Shown here piece after piece: positions 6,855 to 16,308 of a stretch of DNA of 23,804 nucleotides (position 1 is its first letter; each line of letters opens with the position of its first letter). This stretch comes from an uncultured bacterium. GTDB taxonomy: Bacteria > Verrucomicrobiota > Verrucomicrobiia > Verrucomicrobiales > DEV007. The stretch is from positions 1-23,804 of the forward strand of contig CAXBMO010000045.1 in the NCBI GenBank assembly GCA_963977015.1. Reading direction: 5' to 3'. Position numbers and translations under genes: made by a program. The notes under the pieces were generated by a model. That model had not been told where the DNA came from. It searched no databases and saw only the letters and a list, made by a program, of their open reading frames with translations.

Positions 6855-9437
6855 ATGTCCCGTTTCCCGATTCTCCAACTCGTCGCGCTTTTCAGCGTGT
6901 TTCTCGCCCCAGTCGATGCCGCAACCCTGGTGGTTGATGCCAACGCGCCGGGCGCTTCCGACCAGAATCCGGGCACGGCCGAAAAACCGCTCCAAACTAT
7001 CAGTGCGGCAGCGGAATTGGCGCAACCGGGCGACACCGTTAGGGTTCACGCCGGCACTTACCGGGAATGGGTGCGTCCGGCACGGGGTGGAACCGGCGAC
7101 GTACCAATCGTTTATGAAGCGGCACCGGGCGAAGCGGTTTTTGTCAAGGGGAGCGAGGTTTGGGCGGAACCATGGATCGCGGTTGAGGATCAGTCGGGCG
7201 TGTTTCGGTCGAAAATCGATCTTGAACGGTTCCAAGGAACCCAAAACCCGTATTCCCGGACCATCTCGGTGGCTTCTTCGGACAGAAGCGAGGCGGCCCG
7301 GCCCATCCCGGCGGAAAAGCAGGAGGAACCCTGGCCTGTGACGCTGGGCCAGGTTTTCATCGATGGAAAACCGGCCTCTCAGGTGACCACGCTCGAGAAT
7401 CTGGCAGCGACCGCGAATTCCTGGATCGTTTCGGCTGACGGAAGCGAACTGCTGCTCCATCTCCCGGACGGGCTCGAAACGCCGAACAACGCCGAGATTG
7501 AATGGTCGGTGCGGGAACGGGTTTTCGCTCCGTATCGACGCGGGCTCGGCCACATCCACGTTCGTGGGTTTCGCTTCCAGCATTGCGCCAACCAGGGTCC
7601 GTTTCCCCAGATCGGCGCGGTTTCTCCTCGCAGCGGTCGGAATTGGGTCTTCGAGAACAACGAAATCCGCTTCGCCAAAACCATTGGCCTGGATGTCGGG
7701 AGTGAAACCTGGAACTTCGCCGGTCTTCGGGAAACGCATCCGGATGACCAGCGCTTGATCGTGCAGAGTTCCCACATCGTCCGGGGCAACACGATCAGCG
7801 ACAACGGGCTCTGTGGGATCGCCGGCTGGAACAGCCCGGGCGTGCGGATTTACAACAACCTGATCGAGCGCAACAACCGGCTCCATTTTTCCAAGGCGAA
7901 CAGCAGCTGGGAAGAGTGGGGTGGGATCAAACTGCACGGGACCAACGCGGTGATCGCAGGGAACCTGGTTCGCGACAACGAAGCGCACGGGATTTGGATC
8001 GACAACGACTACAACCAGGCCCGGATCACCGGGAACAGCATCCTGGGAAACCGGGGCAGCGGCGTGTTTCTGGAATTGGGTGCCGGGTCGGTTCTGGTCG
8101 ACAACAACGTGATCGCCCAAACCCGGTCCGGCGGGACATTTTTCGCGGGAAACGGTGTGTATTGCCACGACGCCTCGGGCGTCCGGGTCGCCCACAACCT
8201 GTTGCTCGACAACGCGGCTCACGGCGTCTGCATGCGCGTCATCACGGACCGCAAAATCTGGAATCAGCCGGTCAATGCCTCCAACGAAGAGATCGTGAAC
8301 AACATCTTCTTGGGCAATGGGGGAACCATCAGCCTGCCGTATTCGAATCCGCGGGCCGAGGGCAATTGGTCGGACCACAACCTGTATCTGAAGCGAGCCG
8401 GAACCGAGGCGGTGGCGGCACCCTATCATCTCAACAAATACCAGGGAAAATTCTCCTGGGACGAGGTTCATGGCCGTCTTGTCGCTGCGGTGACCGACGC
8501 GGCGGAGATCCCGGCAGCGGAGGTTTGGCGGAAGAATCCGCGATTGACCGAGGCGCAGTGGCGCTTGCTCACCGGTTGGGATCGGAACAGTGTCGCGGGT
8601 GAAGTTCTCGAAGCCGCGATCGACCCGGTCGCGCTGAGTTTGACCCTCGAATTCCCGAAAAACTGGGAGCCGCCGACCTGTCTTCCCGTGCCCGAAATGG
8701 ACCGCGATTTCACCGGGAGCACGATCGAGACTTCAAGCGTGTTGCCCGGGCCTTTCCAAGAACTGGGCGCCGGCAAAAGCACCTTTTCGATCGAGCCGCT
8801 CAGGTTCACGTCGCCACCCGCACTTCGCGGCAAGCAAAAGCTGGAGAACGCGGAAATTCGCCAGAAAAAGCTGGAATTCACCGCCGCGATCGAAGCGATT
8901 TCGCCGGCGGGCGACGAGGTCGAGGCCGCCGACCAGATTGCGGACGCCAACTCTGTCGCGGCGTGGTCTCACGGCCTGCAGAAGGGCAAGAATCCGGATT
9001 TGGCCGCGCCGTTCGCGGAACTGGGCCGCGGTCCAAAGACGGCGTTGTTCGGACGCTCGAGCGAGGGTGTTTGCGCGGGGCCGGCCCGGTCCGTGCTTTA
9101 CCGAGTCGACGAAGCGGCTCACTACCAGGTCGAGATTTCCGCCCGGCTCCGGGATCGACGCTTTGCCAGTGCCGGTTACGCCCGGGCGCAGATTTTCCAG
9201 CTCGATGCGGGACGCGAAACCGGAATCGAACTCGAGAAAGTCGATCTCAACACCCCGGACGGTTATCGCGGCAAGGAATTGGCGGATCACTTCACCTGGA
9301 GCGGCCAGATCGCAGCCCCGGCTCATAGTTCCATCGGGCTGCGTTTCCAAATCGTCGCGCCCGGCCCGGCTCCGGCGGGCGACGGCACCCTCGAAATCGA
9401 ATCCTTTTCCGTGTCCCGGCTCGGAGACAAAGACTGA
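6855..9437 (+). CDS. Secreted right-handed parallel beta-helix protein, GH120 (beta-xylosidase)-like, with C-terminal extension
   Basis: 860 aa from ATG 6855 with signal peptide MSRFPILQLVALFSVFLAPVDA. DUF1565-type start SDQNPGTAEKPLQTISAAAELAQPGDTVRVHAGTYRE, Asn-ladder repeats, and GGIKLH, GIWID, VFLE motifs in GH120 order. The fold call is confident; the enzyme call is less so. Confidence 0.8.
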   Translation: MSRFPILQLVALFSVFLAPVDAATLVVDANAPGASDQNPGTAEKPLQTISAAAELAQPGDTVRVHAGTYREWVRPARGGTGDVPIVYEAAPGEAVFVKGSEVWAEPWIAVEDQSGVFRSKIDLERFQGTQNPYSRTISVASSDRSEAARPIPAEKQEEPWPVTLGQVFIDGKPASQVTTLENLAATANSWIVSADGSELLLHLPDGLETPNNAEIEWSVRERVFAPYRRGLGHIHVRGFRFQHCANQGPFPQIGAVSPRSGRNWVFENNEIRFAKTIGLDVGSETWNFAGLRETHPDDQRLIVQSSHIVRGNTISDNGLCGIAGWNSPGVRIYNNLIERNNRLHFSKANSSWEEWGGIKLHGTNAVIAGNLVRDNEAHGIWIDNDYNQARITGNSILGNRGSGVFLELGAGSVLVDNNVIAQTRSGGTFFAGNGVYCHDASGVRVAHNLLLDNAAHGVCMRVITDRKIWNQPVNASNEEIVNNIFLGNGGTISLPYSNPRAEGNWSDHNLYLKRAGTEAVAAPYHLNKYQGKFSWDEVHGRLVAAVTDAAEIPAAEVWRKNPRLTEAQWRLLTGWDRNSVAGEVLEAAIDPVALSLTLEFPKNWEPPTCLPVPEMDRDFTGSTIETSSVLPGPFQELGAGKSTFSIEPLRFTSPPALRGKQKLENAEIRQKKLEFTAAIEAISPAGDEVEAADQIADANSVAAWSHGLQKGKNPDLAAPFAELGRGPKTALFGRSSEGVCAGPARSVLYRVDEAAHYQVEISARLRDRRFASAGYARAQIFQLDAGRETGIELEKVDLNTPDGYRGKELADHFTWSGQIAAPAHSSIGLRFQIVAPGPAPAGDGTLEIESFSVSRLGDKD

Positions 9438-9483
9438 TTCTACGTTTTAGGCTCTGATCGCGTCGCTCGGATCATACTGCTAA

Positions 9484-10785
9484 CTAGGCGAACAAGCCTT
9501 TCAGCTTCCCGTCGCTGTCGGCAAAGCGCTCGGTCTCGTAGCCAACCTGGTTGAGCATCGAATACCAGAGGTTCGCCAGCGGCGTCTGGTTGGATTCATA
9601 ACGATAGTGTTGGCCCTGGTTGAGCCCGCCGCCGCCATGACCGGCGACCATCGTGGGGGTGTCGCGAACGTCGTGGTTGATGGTGATTCCGCCGCCGTAG
9701 GCGATGAGGGAATTGTCGAAGACCGAGCTGCCATCGACGTCCTTGATCGCCTTCAGTTTATCGATGAGGTAAGCCACGAGTTCGAGTTGTTTCTGATCGC
9801 GGGCCAAGGCGGCATTGTAGGGCTCCTGGCCTTTGCGGGTGTGGGTCGTTTTGTGTCCGTCGATTTTGAAGCCCAGCTCCGGAAACAGGCCGGCGGATGG
9901 CTGACGATAGCTGATCACCCGGGTCATGTCGGTCTGGATCGCGGCGGCCATCAGATCGTAGGTCAGCTTGATCTGCTCGGACGTGCTCAGCTTGCCTTCG
10001 GGCCGGGCGAAGGGCGCCTTCGGCTTCGGCTTGTCGAGCCACTCTTCGGACTTGTCCAGACGCACCTCGATTTCGCGGACGGACTGAAAATACTCATCGA
10101 CTTTCTCGCGATCGGTCGAGGACAATTGGGTATGCATCGACTTGGCGTTGTGCATCACCGCGTCGAGCACGCTGCGGCGCTTCGAAAGCAGATAACGGCG
10201 TTCTTCGAGCGAAACCTCGCCTGCGCCGAAGAGTCGGTCGAACAAGCCAACGGCGCTGGTTTCCCCGGCAATCGGATTGCCAGCGTCGGACCACGACATC
10301 GAAAGCCCCGGACCGTAGCCGGCGTCGTTCTTGCCTTCCTTGGGACCGGCGAGCGGCAGGCTGGTGAAGCGCGTGTCGCGCCCCAGAACCCGAGCCGCGA
10401 GCTGATCCACCGAGACCGTGTTCTGGAATTTCTTGCCCGGTGTCGCGGTCACGTCGGCGCTGGTCATCCAGGTGGTCGTGCCCCAGTGACCCTGGGTTGC
10501 GTTCTTGTTCGAGAGATTGCTGAGAATGGAGAAATCCTTGCGGTGGCGCTCCATGTGCTTGAACGAAGCGGGCAATTCGTAATCCGCGCCGGTAGCCGTG
10601 GGAAACCAGTCCGCCTTGGCGACGCCCCAAGCGTAGCTGAGGAAGATGAGGCGCTTGGGAGGTGTTGTGGCCGCTCCTGTCGCTGCGGATTTGGCCGCAC
10701 CCATGCATTCGAGCATTGGCAGGGCAATCGTGGCGCCAAGACCGCGGAGGATCGTGCGGCGGGTGGTCGGATCGGTGGTAATCAT
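9484..10785 (-). CDS. DUF1552 domain protein (divergent His motif)
   Basis: 433 aa. [86 protein letters not shown] occupies the HXXSHH position. Confidence 0.92.
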   Translation of the reverse strand: MITTDPTTRRTILRGLGATIALPMLECMGAAKSAATGAATTPPKRLIFLSYAWGVAKADWFPTATGADYELPASFKHMERHRKDFSILSNLSNKNATQGHWGTTTWMTSADVTATPGKKFQNTVSVDQLAARVLGRDTRFTSLPLAGPKEGKNDAGYGPGLSMSWSDAGNPIAGETSAVGLFDRLFGAGEVSLEERRYLLSKRRSVLDAVMHNAKSMHTQLSSTDREKVDEYFQSVREIEVRLDKSEEWLDKPKPKAPFARPEGKLSTSEQIKLTYDLMAAAIQTDMTRVISYRQPSAGLFPELGFKIDGHKTTHTRKGQEPYNAALARDQKQLELVAYLIDKLKAIKDVDGSSVFDNSLIAYGGGITINHDVRDTPTMVAGHGGGGLNQGQHYRYESNQTPLANLWYSMLNQVGYETERFADSDGKLKGLFA

Positions 10786-10808
10786 GACGGGTTTTTTGGG
10801 GTTGGTAC

Positions 10809-13328
10809 TTACTTGGTCAGAAACGGTTGGGAAAGGACAATATTCGTCAGCAAATCGCGCAGACCGTGGCCGTTGGCTTCGCTCTTGGCGACCAGTTCCT
10901 CGATGAGCGGGCGATCGGAAAACCCGACGGACCGGCCATAACCGTAAATCATGAGCGCCTCGGTCAGGCCGGTGACGAAAGCCTGGCGGTCATCGACGAG
11001 ATGCGCCTTCATTCCGGTGAAGTCGGCAAACTTGCGCTCGCCATCGGGCATGAGGCCGGCGGTCTCCACGGGAAACTTCGCCGCGCCGTCGGAGGAAAGC
11101 ACTTCGGTGCGCCAGAGGCCCACCGGATCGAAGTTTTCCATGGCGTAACCGAGCGGATCGATGCGGCGATGGCAGGAACTGCACTGGGCGGAGTCCATGT
11201 GTTGGGAGAGCGTCTCGCGAATCGACTGAGTGCCGGCTGCTTCCTCGTCGAGCATCGGCACATTGGCCGGAGCCGGCGGTGGGGGGCGGTTGAGAATCTT
11301 GCGAAGCACGTAAGCGCCGCGTTCGACCGGCGAGGTGCGTTCGCCCGTGCCGGTCAGGGCGAGAATCGCGGATTGACCGAGCAAACCGCCCCGGGGCGAG
11401 TCTTTGGGCAGGCTGACTTTCTGCCAGGCATCGCCGGCTTCTGCGGGAATGTCGTAAAAATCCGCCATGACCTGATTCACGACGACAAAGTCGGCATCGA
11501 CCAGCGCGGTGGCCGGTTCGTTCTCCCGGAAGAAGTGATGAAACGTCGCGATCACTTCCTCGCGCGAGGCGCGGCGCACAGCATCGTCGTAAGTCGGCTG
11601 CGCGCCTTGCGCGGGCTCCACGTGCCCGAGCCGGTCCAGCTCCAGCCACTGCGCGACGAACGCATCGACGAACGCCGCCGACTTGTCCGATCGAAGCATG
11701 CGATCGATCTGCGCGCCGAGCACTTCCGGTTTGAGCAAGTCGCCGCTTTCGGCCACGCGGTAGAGTTCGTCGTCCGGCGGCGCGCTCCACAGAAAATACG
11801 AGAGGCGCGAGGCCAGCTCCAGGCCGTCCAGCGGGCGGCGCTCCTCGGTCTCGCGCGGCTCGTAGAGGAAAAGGAATTCGGGCGAGGCCAGGATGGGATT
11901 GAGCGCGTCGAAAAACGCGTCCTGCTTCGGCGCACCATGTTCCAGAGCCGCATCGTAAATCGCCATGAGCCGGTCGAGATAACCGGGCTGCGGCTGGCGA
12001 TGGCGAAACGCGTGGAATGCCACCGTGGCGACTTTCTCCTGGATCTCCTCGCGGCTCAGCTCCGCAAACGGCTTGCCGGAAAGGAGGTTGGCCGGAGCGA
12101 GGGGCGCTTCGTTCGGGAACGGACCTTCGGCCGCAATCCAATCGACCCAGATTTGCGGGCCTTCGTCGAGGTAATCGTAGGAGACACGATCATAACCCCA
12201 ATGGTAACCTTCGGTCTTCTCGAATGGCGGCTTCTTGTAATCCTCCAGCGAGCGTCGCCGAACATAGAAGTGGTTCGACATCACTCCATCGGCGACCAGA
12301 TCAAACGTGATTTCCTGCGGCTCGTCGATCGTCCCGGTCACGTGGAAATAGCGCACCTCATCCGGAGAAGTGCTGCCCGGTTCGCCGCGCACCACCTTCA
12401 AAAAGACGTCGTCATGCTTCTCGTCGCCAGCGAGTCCGAACCGGATCTTCATGCGGTAACGCCCGTTCGGCGCCGTTCCCCAGGGCGCCAGCGGAAACGA
12501 AATCTGGCCCGGAGCTCCCTTGAACGGCAGCAGCACCCCGGTCTCGATTTCCGGCCGGGTCAGGTATTCCTCCGCAATCGGAATCTCCGTTTCCTTCGTC
12601 GTGATCCCAATTTTACGCCATTTCTTGCCGTTGGCCACATCCTTGCGGGTCTGCTCCAGCTTCTTCTTCAGGCCGGGCAGCACTTTCCGCATGGTTTCGT
12701 TGATCTTCGTCTCCACCTCCACTTTTCTCGCGACCTGACCATGCCGTAGTTTCTTCCCGGTGATCGGGAAATAGGCCTCCTCCAGGGCCTTGCGGCCGAC
12801 CGACAGGTAGCGTTCGATGTGCAGCGACGAGAGGCTGTGCGCCTGACCTGGCGTGTCGAAACCATCGAGATTGCCATCCTGCGGAAGCATCTCCACATCC
12901 AGATCGATCCCGAACAAATCGCGGATCGTGTTTTTGTATTCGCGATTGTTGATCCGCCGAATCACAATTGAGCCGCCGGTATCGGTGAGTCGTTCGCGAG
13001 CCTCGCGCAGGGTCTCGGTTAGCGTTTCGAGTATGTCCTGCATGTCCTCCTTGGATGGCTGGTCCTCATCTTCGGGCGGCATTTCGCTGAGGTTCAGCAC
13101 ATCCAGAATATCCTGCCACTGCTGCGCGATGGCTTCGTCCGCGATTTTCGTGGGGATCTTATCAACTCGAATATTGGCCTTTTGCCGTTTCGAGCCATGG
13201 CAGCGCACGCAGTTGTCGTTGAAGAATTGCTGGATCTTTTCGGGAACGACCGCTGGTTCCGTCGCCGCGGAAAGCGTCGCCAGTACGATCAGTTGAGTCA
13301 GAAGGAGAAGGTGAACAACGCTGCGCAT
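10809..13328 (-). CDS. DUF1592-family protein with two CxxCH motifs
   Basis: 839 aa with signal peptide. CVRCHG, EMPP, RRINNREYKNTIRDLFG, ELASRLSYFLWSAPPDDEL, RGGLLGQSAIL, TSPVERG, CSSCHRRIDPLG. Ends 23 bp before DUF1552. Confidence 0.92.
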   Translation of the reverse strand: MRSVVHLLLLTQLIVLATLSAATEPAVVPEKIQQFFNDNCVRCHGSKRQKANIRVDKIPTKIADEAIAQQWQDILDVLNLSEMPPEDEDQPSKEDMQDILETLTETLREARERLTDTGGSIVIRRINNREYKNTIRDLFGIDLDVEMLPQDGNLDGFDTPGQAHSLSSLHIERYLSVGRKALEEAYFPITGKKLRHGQVARKVEVETKINETMRKVLPGLKKKLEQTRKDVANGKKWRKIGITTKETEIPIAEEYLTRPEIETGVLLPFKGAPGQISFPLAPWGTAPNGRYRMKIRFGLAGDEKHDDVFLKVVRGEPGSTSPDEVRYFHVTGTIDEPQEITFDLVADGVMSNHFYVRRRSLEDYKKPPFEKTEGYHWGYDRVSYDYLDEGPQIWVDWIAAEGPFPNEAPLAPANLLSGKPFAELSREEIQEKVATVAFHAFRHRQPQPGYLDRLMAIYDAALEHGAPKQDAFFDALNPILASPEFLFLYEPRETEERRPLDGLELASRLSYFLWSAPPDDELYRVAESGDLLKPEVLGAQIDRMLRSDKSAAFVDAFVAQWLELDRLGHVEPAQGAQPTYDDAVRRASREEVIATFHHFFRENEPATALVDADFVVVNQVMADFYDIPAEAGDAWQKVSLPKDSPRGGLLGQSAILALTGTGERTSPVERGAYVLRKILNRPPPPAPANVPMLDEEAAGTQSIRETLSQHMDSAQCSSCHRRIDPLGYAMENFDPVGLWRTEVLSSDGAAKFPVETAGLMPDGERKFADFTGMKAHLVDDRQAFVTGLTEALMIYGYGRSVGFSDRPLIEELVAKSEANGHGLRDLLTNIVLSQPFLTK

Positions 13329-13354
13329 GCTGGTTTGGGGTTTTTATGCACTAG

Positions 13355-13376
13355 TTGAAAGGGGCGCGCCTTTCAA
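13355..13376. other. Intergenic inverted repeat (hairpin or operator)
   Basis: TTGAAAGG-GGCGCG-CCTTTCAA, a perfect 8-bp stem in the 67-bp gap. No U-tract on the coding (minus) strand. Confidence 0.5.
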
Positions 13377-13395
13377 TGGAATTGTTGACTAGCTG

Positions 13396-16002
13396 CTATC
13401 CCTCATCGGCCAGAGACTTCATGAAGAGAATCAGCGATTCGATCTGCGCATCCGAGAGCACTCCTTCGTAAATCGGCATGCCGGCCTCGCCGTTGACGGC
13501 GCCCTGAGCGATTTTGGCAGCCGGGGACTTGATCGACTCCTTGAGATAAGCCTCGTTCGCCACGACCGTCTGGCCGTTCCCGATCAGCGTGCGTTCGGAA
13601 CCGAAGAGCCCCTTCCAACTCGGGCCCGTCTTGCCCTCGAGGCTGCCATCGAGGGAGTGACAGGCGATGCAGCCAAAGTTGGTGTAGAGCTGTTTCCCGA
13701 TTTCCGCGTCGGGTTTCATGATGTTCTCTTTCACGATTTCCGAATGGCTCAGGTCGACCTCGTTGTCGGCAAAGCCCAGCTCCGTCAAATCCAGTTCTAC
13801 CAACTGGTGAGCGGTGAAAAAAACCTCTTTTTTGTGTTTTCCGCCCGAGGTCGATTGGACGTCGTAATCGACCTCGATCTGCATCGCTTCCAGCATGTTC
13901 GGCACGCCGATAAAGACCGACTTGCCATCCGCCGACAGCTTCACCGAGGAGACGGCCAACCGGTCCTGGCCCTTCGATCCGTCCAGCCGGTAGGCGGCGG
14001 AACCGTAGGCGGGCGAACGGAGATAGTTCCAGCGATTCACTTCGTATCGGGAAGGGGTGGTCGCGAATTCGGGATCCAACTCGAATGAGAAACGCAGATA
14101 AGCGCCCCGCCGGGACAGCTTTACCTCCACGGGCAGCGGCCATTCCTTTTCCGGATGGATCCGCAACCGGGAAAGCGAGGTGACCTCGTTCCCGGTCGTT
14201 CCCCAAACCTTGAAGCCCGCGATGTAGAACATCCCGTCCGCCGGGTTGGTCGCGCCTTTCAATGGACCGAAATCGGCCTCGATGGGAAGCCGGGCTGCCG
14301 CTCCCTGCTTCACGGGACTCTCCCGGTCTTCGAAGATCTGCAACAGGCCGGGAGCATTGAAGGAAACGAGGACACAGGCATCGTCGAGAGGCCCAAACCG
14401 GTCGCCGTGCAACCAGTGGATCGAAGCGGCCGAGGCGCAGACATGATGCGGAATCCAGGTGAGGGGAGGGCTGATGGGGCCGGGGTATTCGTCGTCGTTA
14501 CTTGGGAGAAATCCGAAGAAGTCGCCCTCGCTGACGAAGTGAACCGGAGTGCTCGGGACAAAGTGGCCTTGCTGATCGCTCACCGCGATTTGCCCCGATT
14601 TGGGATCGAAACCGAGGAAGGGCTGGCGAAGCCCGCTGGCGACATACGCGAAGGACTTCCCATCCGGCGGGATTCGCAGAATGGTGCCGGACGATTTGCC
14701 AATGGAGCTGCTCTGCTGGCCGGGTTTGCAGATCAGAAACGTTCCGTCCGGCATGATCTTCATGTCCGAAGCGAACTCCCGGCTCTCGGCGGTCTGGTCG
14801 AACTGGTTGCTGACCATTTCGTGAAAATCCGCCTCGCCATCGCCGTCGGTGTCGAGGATTCGCCAGATGCCGTTTCGGTCGAAGACGTGGATTTTTTCGT
14901 CGTGGATCACGACACTGAGGGGCTCGTGCAATCCGGAAGCGAAGCGTTTCCAGGTGATCGCTTTCGCGCCGGGACTGAGCTTGTCGCCGATCCAGATGTC
15001 GCCGTCGAACGTCACGACGACGATGGTGCCGTCTGGGAAGAAATCCATGCCCGCCGCGCGGACGGCGCGATTCCAGGGATTGTCGTGGGGGAGGGGAATC
15101 TCCTCGAGTTCGGTCGCGCTTTCTCCCGGCTGAAAGGGCGGGATCTCAACCTTGACCTTCTCCGGCCAGAACGGTCCCGATCGCGGCTTCGAATTCTGAG
15201 CGTTCTCGAGGTTGCGCGCAAACGTCACCCGGATTTCCCGTTCTTTCGTCGCCGGAGCCACGCCCAGAATCCGGACGTTGTCCTCGTGCCAATGCGGCTT
15301 GTCGTAGATCCGGGCGCCGTTCTTGATTGCATCGGGGCCGAGGACGATCTCGGGATCTTTCTTTCCGAGCACGAAGGAAAGCTCCTGTTCATGCGGAGCG
15401 ATCGTCAGAACCCGGGACACGCCGGACTGGTCCACCGTGATCCGTTCGCGAATGGGCACGCTTCCGATCTCGTAATGCAGGGTGCCGCCATTCTCGTAGC
15501 TCATCCCCACGAATTGCCCGACTTCGAGCGGAATCGCGCCCCTGCCAACTTCCTGAACCCTTCGTGGATGTGGCGGGCGTTGATCCCTCGGTTCCAATTC
15601 GCCCGTGGCGACACCGGGGTAAATCCGGTTGCTCATCCAGATGTCGCCGTTTGCCGCCGGGGCGCTGTTCTGCCCGCCCGGGATCTTGCGGAACTGATCC
15701 GGATAGCTGAATGGCGCCATGCCGTAGTTCTGAAACGGTGCGCCATCGGCTTCCCAAATCGCGGAGATGCGGAGATTATCGACGTCCCAACAGACAAAGG
15801 TGTCGCCGAAGTGGAAGACGATCCCGCGCGGCGTCATGTTGTCCGGAGAAATCTCCGTCTTCGCGCTCACGACCGACGAAAAGAAGGGGAAATCGCGCTC
15901 AATCCAACGTTGCCACGTTTCTTCGGCATCGGATTTTGTGTCGTCGCCAAAGGCCAAACTCCAGCTGCACAGGATCAGGAACGTGATTGGGAAAATTCTC
16001 AT
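13396..16002 (-). CDS. Secreted multidomain protein: DUF6797-like N-terminus, glucose/sorbosone-dehydrogenase-like beta-propeller, C-terminal c-type cytochrome
   Basis: 868 aa with signal peptide. Propeller motifs MDFFPDG, FASGLHEPL, DTDGDGEAD, VASGLRQP, SDQQGHFVP. C-terminal GCIACHSLDGS (CxxCH 13657-13671), GPSWKGLFG, YLKESIKSP, and a candidate axial Met in GMP. Confidence 0.8.
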   Translation of the reverse strand: MRIFPITFLILCSWSLAFGDDTKSDAEETWQRWIERDFPFFSSVVSAKTEISPDNMTPRGIVFHFGDTFVCWDVDNLRISAIWEADGAPFQNYGMAPFSYPDQFRKIPGGQNSAPAANGDIWMSNRIYPGVATGELEPRDQRPPHPRRVQEVGRGAIPLEVGQFVGMSYENGGTLHYEIGSVPIRERITVDQSGVSRVLTIAPHEQELSFVLGKKDPEIVLGPDAIKNGARIYDKPHWHEDNVRILGVAPATKEREIRVTFARNLENAQNSKPRSGPFWPEKVKVEIPPFQPGESATELEEIPLPHDNPWNRAVRAAGMDFFPDGTIVVVTFDGDIWIGDKLSPGAKAITWKRFASGLHEPLSVVIHDEKIHVFDRNGIWRILDTDGDGEADFHEMVSNQFDQTAESREFASDMKIMPDGTFLICKPGQQSSSIGKSSGTILRIPPDGKSFAYVASGLRQPFLGFDPKSGQIAVSDQQGHFVPSTPVHFVSEGDFFGFLPSNDDEYPGPISPPLTWIPHHVCASAASIHWLHGDRFGPLDDACVLVSFNAPGLLQIFEDRESPVKQGAAARLPIEADFGPLKGATNPADGMFYIAGFKVWGTTGNEVTSLSRLRIHPEKEWPLPVEVKLSRRGAYLRFSFELDPEFATTPSRYEVNRWNYLRSPAYGSAAYRLDGSKGQDRLAVSSVKLSADGKSVFIGVPNMLEAMQIEVDYDVQSTSGGKHKKEVFFTAHQLVELDLTELGFADNEVDLSHSEIVKENIMKPDAEIGKQLYTNFGCIACHSLDGSLEGKTGPSWKGLFGSERTLIGNGQTVVANEAYLKESIKSPAAKIAQGAVNGEAGMPIYEGVLSDAQIESLILFMKSLADEG

Positions 16003-16011
16003 CGGGCTCGC

Positions 16012-16038
16012 TTAGACATGCCGCGAGGCTCGAAGTTC
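16012..16038 (-). promoter_or_regulatory. ECF sigma (RpoE/AlgU-type) promoter match
   Basis: Minus strand GAACTT (16038-16033)-N16-TCTAA (16016-16012), ending 9 nt before ATG 16002. Confidence 0.55.
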
Positions 16039-16308
16039 AGAATTAGCCGATCGGGTTCAGGGCGCGGCCCGGAGACGCCAAGTGCGTTGATGCTCCGAGG
16101 GAGCGTTTTAAGATGATGACGGACGCGCAAGTTGTTCCTCTTCTTTGAAGATTGGCTTCGCTTGATCTTGAGATGCGGCGCTTTTCCCGACTGGAATGGA
16201 AATGCTGTTCGAGGGCTTTGTGAGAAGGCTCATCGCCGCCCCGAGCCATCATTCCCAGTCGACAAAATCACTCGCAGCGCGTCTCGACCTCATTTTCAAA
16301 CACCCCCC

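Noticed and set aside
760-16116. Long antisense ORFs (760-2367, 4753-5700, 6837-8471, 9607-10941, 10827-12749, 14155-16116)
   Set aside because: They are shadows of well-supported genes on the opposite strand, as expected in GC-rich DNA, and show no recognisable motifs.
16043-16308. Small ORFs or an ncRNA in the gap between operon 2 and the barrel gene
   Set aside because: There are no recognisable protein motifs, and no strong stem-loop or known RNA motif was visible by eye.
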